Notes: a model not told the origin generated them from the sequence alone. Shown: positions 41,641 to 51,635, counted from the first letter of the stretch. The stretch is DNA of 64,000 nucleotides from an uncultured Candidatus Binatia bacterium (GCA_965214605.1 OZ243961.1:1632001-1696000); one strand, 5' to 3'. Numbers and translations are program-made.

Positions 41641-44435
41641 TGGCTGACATCTCTACCAATACCGATGGGCTAATCACCTTCACTTTAGACGGGCGGACGC
41701 TTACCGCCCGGCCCGGGGAAACCATTCTCCAGGCCGCCCAGCGACACGGGGTGGAGATTCCCCACCTGTGTTATACCGACGGCCTGCGGCCCGACGGCAA
41801 CTGCCGGGTGTGTGTGGTGGAAATCAGCGGCGAGCGGCCCTTGGCTCCGTCGTGCTGTCGGACGCCGACCAACGGCATGGAGGTGTCGAGTCACAGTGAG
41901 CGGGCGCGTCATTCGCAAAAAATGGTCTTGGAATTGCTTCGGTCCGATGTGACCGATACGCCGTATACGCGCGAGTCGGAGCTGGAGCTGTGGACACACA
42001 AGCTGGAGGTTGGCCCCCCCCGCTTTGCGCCCCGTCAGCAGCTACATTCAGACGTGTCCCACCCGGCTATTGCGGTCAATCTCGACGCCTGTATTCAGTG
42101 CACCCGCTGTCAGCGTGCCTGCCGCGAAGAGCAGGTCAACGATGTGATCGGCTATGCGAAACGCGGCAGCCAAGCCGAAATTGTCTTTGATATTGCCGAT
42201 CCAATGGGTCACAGTTCGTGCGTTGGCTGCGGCGAGTGTGTTCAAGCCTGCCCAACTGGCGCGCTGATGCCAGAGGGTGGTGTAGGGCTGGTTGAACCGG
42301 AGAAAACCGTAGACTCGGTGTGTCCCTACTGTGGGGTAGGCTGTTTGCTGACCTACCACGTCAAAGACAACACAATTCTATATGTCACCGGTCGGGACGG
42401 GCCAGCCAACCACGGCCGGCTATGTGTCAAAGGCCGCTTTGGCTTTGACTATGTGAATCACCCCCAGCGTTTAACACACCCCCTGATCCGCAAGCCCGGC
42501 GTATCCAAATCGGCCGAGGTCAACTTTGATCCGGCTCACTGGGAAGACATCTTTTACAAAGCCGATTGGGACGAAGCTCTTGAGGCGGCGGCCAACGGGC
42601 TTAAGAAAATCCGCGACCAAAAGGGCGGCCATGCCTTGGCCGGCTTTGGTTCGGCCAAGGGCAGCAACGAAGAGGCATATTTATTCCAGAAGCTGATTCG
42701 GACCGGTTTTGGCAGCAATAATGTTGATCACTGCACGCGCTTATGCCACGCCTCATCAGTAGCCGCCTTACTCGAAGGTATTGGATCGGGTGCGGTCTCC
42801 AATCAGGTTGAGGACGTGGCCGAAGCCGAGGTGATCGTCATCATCGGCTCGAACACCCCCGAAAACCATCCGGTTGCCGCCACCTTTATGAAAAACGCGG
42901 CCAAAGCCGGAAAGACGCTGATCGTCATGGATCCGCGGCGCACCGCGTTGGCCCGCCACGCCAGCTACTATCTCCAGTTCAAACCTGACACTGACGTAGC
43001 GCTACTGAACGCCATGCTCCACACCATCATCGAAGAGAATCTCGTCAACACCGAGTTTGTCGAAAAGCGCACCGAAGACTTTGAGCTGCTTCGCCAAAAT
43101 GTGGCCGGCTTTAGTCCCGAGGAGATGGCTCCCGTCTGCGGTATTGAGGCGGCCACAATCCGTGAGGTGGCCCGACGTTATGCCACGGCCTCGGGGGCCA
43201 TGATATTCTGGGGCATGGGCGTCTCGCAGCACATCCACGGCACTGACAATGCCCGGTGTCTGATCGCCCTAGCCTTGATAACCGGCCAGGTCGGCCGTCC
43301 CGGTACCGGTCTGCACCCCCTGCGCGGCCAGAACAACGTCCAGGGTGCCTCTGACGCGGGTCTCATTCCAATGGTCTTTCCCGACTATCAGCGGGTGGAC
43401 AACGAAACAGCCCGGGAGCGGTTTGAAGCGCTGTGGCACACCACGCTGGACGCCAAACCGGGGCTGACGGTTGTCGAGATCATGAATGCCATTCTGGATG
43501 GCAGCCTGCACGGCATGTACATCATGGGGGAAAACCCGGCCATGTCCGATCCCAATCTCCACCATGCCCGCCAGGCGCTGGCCGCGCTCGATCATCTAGT
43601 CGTCCAAGACCTCTTCCTGACCGAAACCGCCGCCTTTGCCGATGTCGTCCTGCCGGCCTCAGCTTTTCCAGAAAAAACCGGCACGTTCACCAACACGGAC
43701 CGCCGGGTACAGTTAGGTCGGCGGGCGCTTGACCCGCCGGGCGAGGCTCGCCAAGACCTGGACCTCCTCCAAGCAATCGCCCGGCGGCTGGGGCTGGCCT
43801 GGCACTATGCAGATGCCGAGAGCGTCTTTGCCGAAATGCGCCAGGCCATGCCCAGCATTGGGGGAATTAGCTGGGAGCGGCTGGAGCAGCACGGCTCGGT
43901 CACCTATCCCTGTACCAGTGAGGCTGACCCAGGGCAGCCGGTCGTTTTCCAAGAAGATTTTCCCACCGCCAGCGGTCGAGGCCGCTTTGTCCCGGCCCGA
44001 CTGATCAGCGCTGACGAGCTGCCGGATGAAGAGTTCCCCTATGTCCTCATTACTGGCCGTCAGCTGGAGCACTGGCATACCGGTGCCATGACCCGCCGCT
44101 CCCGTGTGTTGGATGCGATTGAACCCCAGCCGGTGATTAACATCCATCCTGATGCGCTGACGACTATTGGCGGCACGGAAGGCGCGCTGCTCAGAGTTGC
44201 CTCGCGACGCGGTGAACTCATCGCCGCCGCCCGGGCTGACAGCAACATGCGCCGGGAAGAAATTTTCATACCGTTTTGCTACCAGGAAGCCGCCGCCAAT
44301 CTGCTGACCAATGACGCCCTCGACCCGTATGGAAAAATTCCCGAGTTCAAGTACTGTGCGGTACAGATTGAGGTGGCGAAAGGGGTGGGTGGAGATCTAG
44401 GAGGAGCTGTCGGCCCCAGAACTCCTAAGGGATGA
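41640..44435 (+). CDS. fdhF: Mo/W formate dehydrogenase alpha subunit (Cys-type)
   Basis: N-terminal Fe-S domains, CPYCGVGC, RLCHASS (Cys ligand), LRGQNNVQG, PEFKYCAV. Confidence 0.9.
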   Translation: MADISTNTDGLITFTLDGRTLTARPGETILQAAQRHGVEIPHLCYTDGLRPDGNCRVCVVEISGERPLAPSCCRTPTNGMEVSSHSERARHSQKMVLELLRSDVTDTPYTRESELELWTHKLEVGPPRFAPRQQLHSDVSHPAIAVNLDACIQCTRCQRACREEQVNDVIGYAKRGSQAEIVFDIADPMGHSSCVGCGECVQACPTGALMPEGGVGLVEPEKTVDSVCPYCGVGCLLTYHVKDNTILYVTGRDGPANHGRLCVKGRFGFDYVNHPQRLTHPLIRKPGVSKSAEVNFDPAHWEDIFYKADWDEALEAAANGLKKIRDQKGGHALAGFGSAKGSNEEAYLFQKLIRTGFGSNNVDHCTRLCHASSVAALLEGIGSGAVSNQVEDVAEAEVIVIIGSNTPENHPVAATFMKNAAKAGKTLIVMDPRRTALARHASYYLQFKPDTDVALLNAMLHTIIEENLVNTEFVEKRTEDFELLRQNVAGFSPEEMAPVCGIEAATIREVARRYATASGAMIFWGMGVSQHIHGTDNARCLIALALITGQVGRPGTGLHPLRGQNNVQGASDAGLIPMVFPDYQRVDNETARERFEALWHTTLDAKPGLTVVEIMNAILDGSLHGMYIMGENPAMSDPNLHHARQALAALDHLVVQDLFLTETAAFADVVLPASAFPEKTGTFTNTDRRVQLGRRALDPPGEARQDLDLLQAIARRLGLAWHYADAESVFAEMRQAMPSIGGISWERLEQHGSVTYPCTSEADPGQPVVFQEDFPTASGRGRFVPARLISADELPDEEFPYVLITGRQLEHWHTGAMTRRSRVLDAIEPQPVINIHPDALTTIGGTEGALLRVASRRGELIAAARADSNMRREEIFIPFCYQEAAANLLTNDALDPYGKIPEFKYCAVQIEVAKGVGGDLGGAVGPRTPKG

Positions 44436-45281
44436 AACGCGGAGTTCGCCCAGACCAAATACCGTACCTTTACCGACGTGGGTCCAACAAGCCGCCGCGA
44501 ATACAGGCCACAGCTGTCCAGGCCCAGCGGGGAACTCCAACCCTCCGGTGACGCCATGCAGGTCAATCTCACGTTGCTGGGCGGCAGACCAGCGCACCAG
44601 GTCGCTCCGTTCACCGTTCCAGTGGCTGGCGGCTAACCCTGCCGCCTCCTGCCGAACAGCCCGCATTAGATCCCGATATACGTCTCCCCTCGCTTCACCT
44701 GCGAGACTGGCAACACGGCGCCCGGCAGCGGCAGCGATATCAGCAGAATCGGGGGCAGTGAGCAGTGTACCCTGGCGGATCAACCGCAAGGGCGCAGGAA
44801 AATCCAGACGGCACGGGGTCGAAGTCGGATCACCTGACAGTGGCCAAGCAGCGTCGGATAAAGGCCACCGTTTCGCTTGACAGAATGCCACATCGTTTCC
44901 TGGTCCCAACGGCAAGCGCTCACGGATGGAAAACGGTGCACGTCTCGGGCCAAGACCCATACCAGTGGCGATATCCCAGGCACGCCATAAGACCGGCTCT
45001 AGAGACTCGTCGACGCCCAGCAGTATCCACTCCACAGCTGGAGCAGTCCCTGGGTCAGGTGGGGCAGGCCGCAGAATATAGCGAGGCAAACGGAGGTGTG
45101 GCACCCCATCGGGGGCGAACACCTGCTGGTACGCTTCCGCGTCAACATGGCACAGAGCACGGCCCCAAACGCCACGCACCATCGGTATGGTCGCCCGGAC
45201 CTGTGGTGTTACCAGCAGAAGCCGCCACGCCCTGATTTCCACGCGCTCCAGCAGTGATGTCATGTCCTCTTGCCAGCTCAT
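44397..45281 (-). CDS. cas6: CRISPR pre-crRNA processing endoribonuclease Cas6
   Basis: RG.WG.AL N-terminus, PLRL, C-terminal Gly loop HVGKGTVFGLG; GGAGG RBS. Confidence 0.82.
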   Translation of the reverse strand: MSWQEDMTSLLERVEIRAWRLLLVTPQVRATIPMVRGVWGRALCHVDAEAYQQVFAPDGVPHLRLPRYILRPAPPDPGTAPAVEWILLGVDESLEPVLWRAWDIATGMGLGPRRAPFSIRERLPLGPGNDVAFCQAKRWPLSDAAWPLSGDPTSTPCRLDFPAPLRLIRQGTLLTAPDSADIAAAAGRRVASLAGEARGDVYRDLMRAVRQEAAGLAASHWNGERSDLVRWSAAQQREIDLHGVTGGLEFPAGPGQLWPVFAAACWTHVGKGTVFGLGELRVSSLRSSGADSSS

Positions 45282-45319
45282 CCACACCCTCCCGTTCTCA
45301 TTCCAGCTACTATCTCACT

Positions 45320-45590
45320 CGGTCCCTGGACTTTCAATCCAGGGCCTCCCAACCGATGTTCAGTGGCTGGTATGTGGTGGGGCTACGACGACATTTCAGT
45401 CCCTCCCAAGCGCGCTTCTTCAAAAGACCTTTGGCGAGCGCCTTGGACTTATCTCACTTCTGGTTCCGATACAGACGTATGACTCTCAAAACGTCCCGGT
45501 CCGTGAATTCGCGGCCCAGTTTCACGGCGAGGGTGACACGGCGAGCCCAGGCCGCCCTCGGCTCAAGCGGCGGGGCTTCGGCTGCACTCG
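45320..45590 (-). pseudogene. 3' remnant of an unidentified gene upstream of cas6
   Basis: Frame VTLAVKLGREFTDRDVLRVIRLYRNQK*DKSKALAKGLL..., fused to the truncated DprE1-like gene. Confidence 0.3.
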
Positions 45591-45968
45591 CGCCGAAGGT
45601 TCCGTCGCGGTGATGGTTCTTGCCGTGCACGTCCGCGGCGATCATGCCGCCAACGGTGACGAACCTGGTTCCCGGAACCACCGGCGGAAACCAGCCCCGC
45701 GGCGCGAAGGTGGCCAGGATGTCGGCGAGCAACACGCCGGCCTCGCAGGTCAACAGGCCGGTCTCGGCGTCGAACGCCTGCATCCGGTCCATCGCCAGCA
45801 TGCAGAGCGTCAGGTCCGGGCTGAACGCGGCGTCGCCGTAGGAACGGCCGTTGCCGCGGGCGATGAGGGTATCGCCGCTGCGAAGCAGGGCGGGTAGGCC
45901 TCGCCCTCGCGAAGGTGCTCGACCCGGCAGTCGAGCACCGGATACTGGCCCCAGCCGGAGAGCTTCAT
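45591..45968 (-). pseudogene. DprE1-like FAD-binding oxidoreductase, frameshifted and 3'-truncated
   Basis: MKLSGWG, then shifted frame IARGNGRSYGDAA..PVVPGTRFVTVGGMIAADVHGKNHH; stops abruptly after GTFGA. Confidence 0.85.
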
Positions 45969-46381
45969 GCTCCCGCTCCCTGGAAGACGAAGCGCCGGTC
46001 CAGCCGGTACTTGATCGCATAGCCGGCGGACAGTCCGAGAACGGCCCCCGCGAAGGGCAGCCAGCGCGCATCGCCCATGGCCGCGAACGCCAGCTCCGTC
46101 GCCTAGAAGAGGCAGGTCGTCGGCGCATACAGGGCGAACTCCCGCGAACGACCGCACAGCGAGGCGGGCAGGCCACGGAAGATCCAGCGGCGGTCGAGCG
46201 CATACTTGGCGAGCAGGACGGCGAGGGTGCCCGCCGCCAGCGCCATGTGCAGATCGTAGCGGTCGGTATACAGCACGAGGCTCAGGGCCTGCGTCGCGAT
46301 GTTGACCGCCGTGGCCAGCGCGGCGAACGCGCCATAGCGCAAGGCCAGCGCCGGACCCGAGCCCGAACCTATGGCGCCCAT
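45965..46381 (-). pseudogene. GtrA-family flippase-like protein with premature TAG at 46103-46105
   Basis: RYGAFAALATAVNIATQ..KYALDRRWIF, frame resumes after TAG to KYRLDRRFVF; stop overlaps next ATG. Confidence 0.8.
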
Positions 46382-46542
46382 CACGGCGCAGCGGCGCACG
46401 CGGCCGCCAGTGCCGGACCGGTCAGCTGGCACGTACGGTCCCGCAGCCCAAACATCACCGGGTCGCCGCCTCTCCGTAATCGCGGGAGACGACGGATTCA
46501 AACGCCAACCGTTACGGGTTCGAACAGGCGCGCAATCCCCGT

Positions 46543-48213
46543 TCATCTTGCCACCTTGAAGACAACACCGTCCGCCAGGTCCGCCACCGGTTCCAGGCCC
46601 GGCAATAGCCGCAAGTCGGGCTCACCGTAGTCATAGCCTGCGGAGGAGCCGATATCGAACCAGATCACGTAATCCGGGATGATCTCCGCAAACTGATACG
46701 CCATCTGGCGGCGGGATGCCCCGAGAGCATGGTAGCGATTCATGCCCTCTCCACCTATGTAGAGAGACAAGGGCTGTGGCACGTTACTGAATATCTCTCC
46801 CGCAACGGGATTTGCGCGGACATATCGCAGCACCTCGGAATCGACCCAGCGTGGCCCATTGAAGAGGAGGAACTGGTAGCCGCAGTTTCCGAGCATGATG
46901 GTGGAGGCTGCCGGAACTATCTGTTTCGCCACCCCCAGGGATAGAACGATCGTCACGATGGCGACCAGCACGCTTCCTTTCTTGCCCGGCCTCATCGTTC
47001 GAACTATAGGCAGGCTGCCGACGTTTCCCAAAAGCCTCCTCTCCCGTTCGTGGACGAGAATACGGTCCAGTACGAACACCCCGGCTATCAGGAGCGGAAT
47101 ATACAGCGGAGTCAGGTATCTCGACGTAATACCACCCGGCCCTATGTAGATAGCGGCCAGAAGCGATATGGCCACGATGAGCAGGACGAGGTACGTCAGC
47201 GCAAAGCCCCCGAACAGCCAGAGAGGGCGCCAGTGGGCAACTGTCCATCGCTTCCAATGCTCTCCGACGAGGATGCAGCCGACCGTCGCCAGGACCGCGG
47301 CGGCCATCGCCAGCAACGCAAGTACCGCTCTGTCGAAGAGAGGCCACCAAGGCAGCCCGAGGAATCGGCACCTCTGAGGCTGCACCCAACTCTCCAGGAT
47401 GTCGTAAACATCTCGCAGCATCGTCGGCAAGGGATAGCCGGCGGGCGGCTGGTGCGGGGTGAGCGCTCCGATGGCCAGGTAATTGCGCAAAAGCCACAGA
47501 ACCATCGGCACCGCCACGATCAGCGAGTAAGCCGTGACGCGTCTTACCCTCTGGGCCATGGGGACCCCCGTCCGATGGGGGGGGGGGTAGAAGAGAAGCA
47601 ACAGCCCCACGAAAGCCGGCACAGCCACTCCGATGTACCTGCTTTGCCAGGCCAGGGCGCTGAACGCCGCCGCCCAGACCAGCGCCCGGGCCCTACCCTC
47701 GGTCAGGAACCTGTCGGTCTGGATCAGGGCGAGGGTCACCAGCAGGATGAACAGGGGATCGGACAATGCGCGCGGCGACTCCTCGAGTAGAGGGATTGCC
47801 AAAGCCGTCGCGAGACAGCCCCATACCGCCAGAAATCGGGACTCCAGACGCTGCCGTAGGTCCCCGCCCACCACGAATACGGTCAGTCCGAAGATGACGG
47901 CGTTGAGGGGGCCGGCAACGGCGATTGGATCGAATATCCCCAAGCTGGCCGCAGCCAGAAGCAAGGGGTAGAGAGGCGGCCACCAAGCGAGAGGAAGTCC
48001 ATCGAATCCGCTAACGCCTTCTCCGGCCAGCAGATTTCGGGCGGCGGCTATGTAGTGCGCCGAATCCGGAGTCAGTGTCACTCCGAAGGCGATCTCGCGC
48101 CCCAGCACCAGGGCGACACCCAGCAAGGCGATGGCGGCCGTCAACAGGAGAAGGCGGTCGTCGGGCCGAAAGCGCGCCGGCAAGGCCGTCAACGAGCTTG
48201 CATTGAGCGACAT
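46543..48213 (-). CDS. Polytopic GT-C fold glycosyltransferase (ArnT/PMT-like)
   Basis: TPDSAHY..AARNL, WPPLYPLLLA, LSDPLF, SRYIG, RYLTPLY, many TM segments; TGATG coupling to upstream gene. Confidence 0.75.
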   Translation of the reverse strand: MSLNASSLTALPARFRPDDRLLLLTAAIALLGVALVLGREIAFGVTLTPDSAHYIAAARNLLAGEGVSGFDGLPLAWWPPLYPLLLAAASLGIFDPIAVAGPLNAVIFGLTVFVVGGDLRQRLESRFLAVWGCLATALAIPLLEESPRALSDPLFILLVTLALIQTDRFLTEGRARALVWAAAFSALAWQSRYIGVAVPAFVGLLLLFYPPPHRTGVPMAQRVRRVTAYSLIVAVPMVLWLLRNYLAIGALTPHQPPAGYPLPTMLRDVYDILESWVQPQRCRFLGLPWWPLFDRAVLALLAMAAAVLATVGCILVGEHWKRWTVAHWRPLWLFGGFALTYLVLLIVAISLLAAIYIGPGGITSRYLTPLYIPLLIAGVFVLDRILVHERERRLLGNVGSLPIVRTMRPGKKGSVLVAIVTIVLSLGVAKQIVPAASTIMLGNCGYQFLLFNGPRWVDSEVLRYVRANPVAGEIFSNVPQPLSLYIGGEGMNRYHALGASRRQMAYQFAEIIPDYVIWFDIGSSAGYDYGEPDLRLLPGLEPVADLADGVVFKVAR

Positions 48214-49655
48214 CACAACGCGGCGGCGAACGCGGCCGCCATCGCCAGGCCGGCCAGCCAGCTCGTGCGGTCCCGCAGCGTGAACACCATCGGATCGTCG
48301 TCCACCGCCCCGCGGTTGGCGAGCAGCAGCATGCGCCCCAACCAGTAGATCAGCAGCGGGCAGATCAGCCACAGAAACTCCACCCGGCGATACAGCACGC
48401 TCACTTCCGGGCTCCAGATGTACAGGGCGAAGATGATCACCGAGGCAAGGCCGGCGGCCGTGCCGAACGCCGTCAGCACCGGAAGATCCTCAATGCGCCA
48501 GGCGCGTCCTTCGACCGCAGTGCCCTCGGATACGCGCAACCTCTGCAGCTCGCTCTGGCGCTTGACGGTGGCCAGGGACAGGAACGCGAACATGAAGAAG
48601 GCGAGGAACCATGGGGACAGCGTGATCGAGACCACTATCCCCCCGGCGAAGACGCGCACCATGTAGAGCAGGCCGAGCGTCACCACGTCGACGAACAGCC
48701 TTCGTTTCAGCGACAGCGAGTAGGCCAGGGTCAGGATCAGGTAGAGCAGCACGCAGAGCCCACTTGACCAGGAAAGCTTGAAGGCGAGGGCGAGCCCGCC
48801 CGCCGCCAGCACCGCGCTAAGGCCCATCGCCGGCAGCAACGCCACCTTCCCCGCCGCCATGGGGCGGCGGCGCTTGCTCGCGTGCCGCCGGTCGTGGGGC
48901 AGATCAAGCAGGTCGTTGAGCAAGTACGCGCCCGATGCGCAGACCGACAGTGCCGCGAACATCCCGGCCGCCGTCAGATACGGTCCGGCACCGGTCTCGT
49001 GGGCGGCGGCGAGAGGTGCGAACACCAGCAGATTCTTGCCCCACTGGTGGGGGCGCAATGCCCGGAGCCAGTCGTGCGGACCGCTCCCGAGCCCCGGAAG
49101 AAACCGGGCGTCTTCGTCCAGCGCGTGCACTTCCCGAGCGAGGCGTGCCGGGAGGCCGACGCCGACGGCGCGCCGCGCGTGCCTCCACACCGCCAGGTCG
49201 CGCCGTTCGTTGCCGGCGTAATCGAACCCGCCCTCGCCGAAGCGCTCGACCAGGGCGGCGGCCTTGGCCTCGCCGGCCAGATTGGTGCGCCCGTCGGAGG
49301 CGAGAAAGCCCGCCGTGCCCACGGCTTCGGCAAGCGGCGCGACCGCCAGCTCGTCGGCGGCCGACGCCAGCCAGACCTCGCGTCCCGCGGCCTTGGCGGC
49401 GGCGATTTCGGCGAGCACCGCCGGGTTCAGCACCAGCGTCGACGGCGCAAGCGGAACCTTCTGCGCGACCCTGCGCTTGAGCGCCGCGCGTCCCTCGGCG
49501 AGCCAGAAGAGAAGGCTGAGAAGATTGAGGGGGGAGGCGGCGAACAGCCGGGCGACGCCTTCGATTAGCAGGTCGCCGCTGACCAGCGTGCCGTCGACGT
49601 CAACGACTAGGGGTGTCGCGGACGAACGTACCGGATGTATCGGGTGACCCTCCAT
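48213..49655 (-). CDS. UbiA-family prenyltransferase with N-terminal HAD-like domain (decaprenyl-phosphate phosphoribosyltransferase-like)
   Basis: VVDVDGTL HAD motif, LRPHQWGKNLLVF, YLLNDLLD..DRRH..KRRRP, DDDPMVF. Confidence 0.88.
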   Translation of the reverse strand: MEGHPIHPVRSSATPLVVDVDGTLVSGDLLIEGVARLFAASPLNLLSLLFWLAEGRAALKRRVAQKVPLAPSTLVLNPAVLAEIAAAKAAGREVWLASAADELAVAPLAEAVGTAGFLASDGRTNLAGEAKAAALVERFGEGGFDYAGNERRDLAVWRHARRAVGVGLPARLAREVHALDEDARFLPGLGSGPHDWLRALRPHQWGKNLLVFAPLAAAHETGAGPYLTAAGMFAALSVCASGAYLLNDLLDLPHDRRHASKRRRPMAAGKVALLPAMGLSAVLAAGGLALAFKLSWSSGLCVLLYLILTLAYSLSLKRRLFVDVVTLGLLYMVRVFAGGIVVSITLSPWFLAFFMFAFLSLATVKRQSELQRLRVSEGTAVEGRAWRIEDLPVLTAFGTAAGLASVIIFALYIWSPEVSVLYRRVEFLWLICPLLIYWLGRMLLLANRGAVDDDPMVFTLRDRTSWLAGLAMAAAFAAAL

Positions 49656-49675
49656 GTCTGGTCTGGCGTGTCTCA

Positions 49676-49748
49676 GTTTCAACCCCGTACTTGTATATCG
49701 TAGAGCAACGCGTTTCAATCCCTTATCAAGCGGGGCAGAGGTTTAGTC
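49676..49748 (-). CRISPR. Solitary variant CRISPR repeat (49712-49748) plus 25-nt spacer-like stretch and 11-nt repeat 3' remnant
   Basis: GTTTCAATCCCTTATCAAGCGGGGCAGAGGTTTAGTC matches the array repeat at 32/37 in the same orientation; GTTTCAACCCC at 49676-49686. Confidence 0.8.
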
Positions 49749-51409
49749 TTGCCCTGTTCCACATCGTCCCGGCGCTTTTGGTGGAGCCAGCGGCCATTCC
49801 AGTCGTCACGCTCCACTCCCAGTTTATCCGGGTCAATGCCCGCACCGGCCAGCCATTCTGCGGCTGCTACCGTTGCTGTGTCGAGGAAGCGCAGGGCGGC
49901 GGGGTCGATATACAGTTCACCGGTGAGGAATGCCAAGGAGGCAAACCGCTTGCACAGCGCAATCGCGGAAAAGCGCTCTTGGCCGCGTAAGCGGATACCG
50001 TTGACGGTGATCTTGGCAGCGGACTTGTCCCAGAAGCCGCGCGAAGCGTTGAGGCCTGCCGGCCCCATTTGCTCATAGGAGCCGAGCAGGCTGCACTTGG
50101 GCGGAGAAGCCTCGTCCTGAGAGGTCTGTCGGATTGGGATGTGGAGAATAGAACGCTGCGCCTCTCGCAACCGCGCCGACGCTTCAAGCCGGATGGGCCT
50201 GCCAGAGACCGGCTGAGCGTTAGCCGTAGTAGTCGGGACGCTCCTTGCCTGGGATCGCGTCGGCCAGCCCACGTACCTTGGCGATCTCCGGCCACACGCC
50301 ATCGAATGAGTCCGTACTTCCGAGGAGTTGAGCCAAGGTTTTGTTGTCAAGGGCACGCTCAGGTAGGGTCGCTGTCCTTACCTCAAAAAAGCTCTCTCTC
50401 TGCCCCTTCCAACGCCGCGCCCAATCGGGATCAATGGCCGATAGCGGCCGGTCGAGGCGGGCATACAGTGCCTGCCAGGCGGCACCAAGCCGCGCGGACC
50501 GCCTTGGCGCAGACGTCTGCCATACTGTGCACGTCCGCGCCGTTCCGACCCCACGGAACAAGCGCGACAAAACGATTGGGAATAGACGGAGCGCGGCACG
50601 CTTCTTCCGATGGAAGCGGCATGACGCCTCCAAGACCGGCGTGGTCACGCAACCACAAGTCCATCAGCGGGTTACCGCAAGGCCAGATAGACAAGCGCGG
50701 TCGGACCGAGTGTCTCCAATATCGGGCGGATGCCCTGGAAGACGAGCCATGATAGGATGGCACTTCCCGACCACAAACCGCGCACGCTGCGAGCTGCCGC
50801 TATGAAGCTCTGTACCGGACCGAGCGAGAGTGACAAGTAGGCACGGCCTTGCACGCCTTCACTAGCCCACAGGCCACTCGCTATGTCCGCGTGCTGGATT
50901 AGGGCGTGATCGGGAACGCGGGTGTCGGCGGACAGCCATACGAACCCGTGACCCAAGCGTTTTGCGAGCCGCTCGGGGAGAAGCCGCCAGAGGGCCAGAA
51001 ACCGGGAACGCGCGGCTTGTAGACCATCCACGATACCGCCGATGGTTTCTAATACGCTGACCTCGTCGATGGCCAAGCCCTCCAGAACGCTCGCCTGCAC
51101 GCTGACCGGGTGGCGCACTTCGATCCGTCCGTTCTCTGGACCGACCGCGCGCTCACCGTTGGCGCCTGCGGTCGGCATCGGGAGACGCTCAGCGATCGCA
51201 GCGAGTTGATCTGCCAGCGAAGCCAGACTCTTGATCTCATTCCGGGTTACATCCCAGTCAAGCGCGCAAGAAGTGTGGCGGACGGCTCGTCCCTCATGTG
51301 TACGTATGTCCAGGGCCTTATCAATCAGGTCGTGAAGGTAGGCCAGCAGCAGTCGATCCTAGGCGATCTGTGCTAGTTTTCCGTACTCGCTGTGGGCTCT
51401 CTCAACCAT
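49749..51409 (-). pseudogene. cas10: cas10/cmr2 pseudogene (TAG at 51359-51361, several frameshifts, truncated before the GGDD palm domain)
   Basis: LLLAYLHD..DKAL, ADTRVPDH, SLGPVQSFIAAARSVR.LWSGS, GNPLMDLWL, PNRFVALVP, KCSLLGSYEQMGP spread over successive frames. Confidence 0.85.
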
Positions 51410-51489
51410 GACATTGTTCATTGTTATTATAGTTTGCACCTAATGATCTATTCACATGAAAGGGGAAGAGAGGTACTCAATTCCTCACA

Positions 51490-51635
51490 CCAAAAAGCTG
51501 GCGGCAGGACGATTCGAGTCCATTGACCGTACCGAATCTCAAAAGCTTAGCTTTCAGCAAGGTTCGCTCGACATCGGCTCCATCGCCGGTACCGACGGCA
51601 AGTACCAGCGCTTTTGGACCATTGTAGGTTGTCAT
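51490..51635 (-). pseudogene. 5' stub of a CARF gene paralogous to 59282-60619
   Basis: MTTYNGPKALVLAVGTGDGADVERTLLK..(shift)..GQWTRIVLP aligns with RVLVLTIGTGNPKDLEGSLY..GHWARVVLFP. Confidence 0.65.

Noticed and set aside
41640-44435. Formate dehydrogenase as a selenoprotein
   Set aside because: The active-site ligand is Cys (RLCHASS) and there is no in-frame TGA.
45454-46203. 249-aa ORF as a novel fusion protein
   Set aside because: It is a chance read-through of off-frame gtrA, the DprE1-like fragment and an unrelated remnant.
49656-49718. N-terminal extension of UbiA given in the ORF track (start 49718)
   Set aside because: It starts inside the CRISPR repeat; ATG 49655 just before the HAD domain is more plausible.
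46103-51361. In-frame TAG codons in gtrA and cas10 as pyrrolysine or recoding
   Set aside because: Both sit at probable Trp positions (TGG to TAG) in a region full of frameshifts and truncations, and TAG is a normal stop elsewhere in the window.
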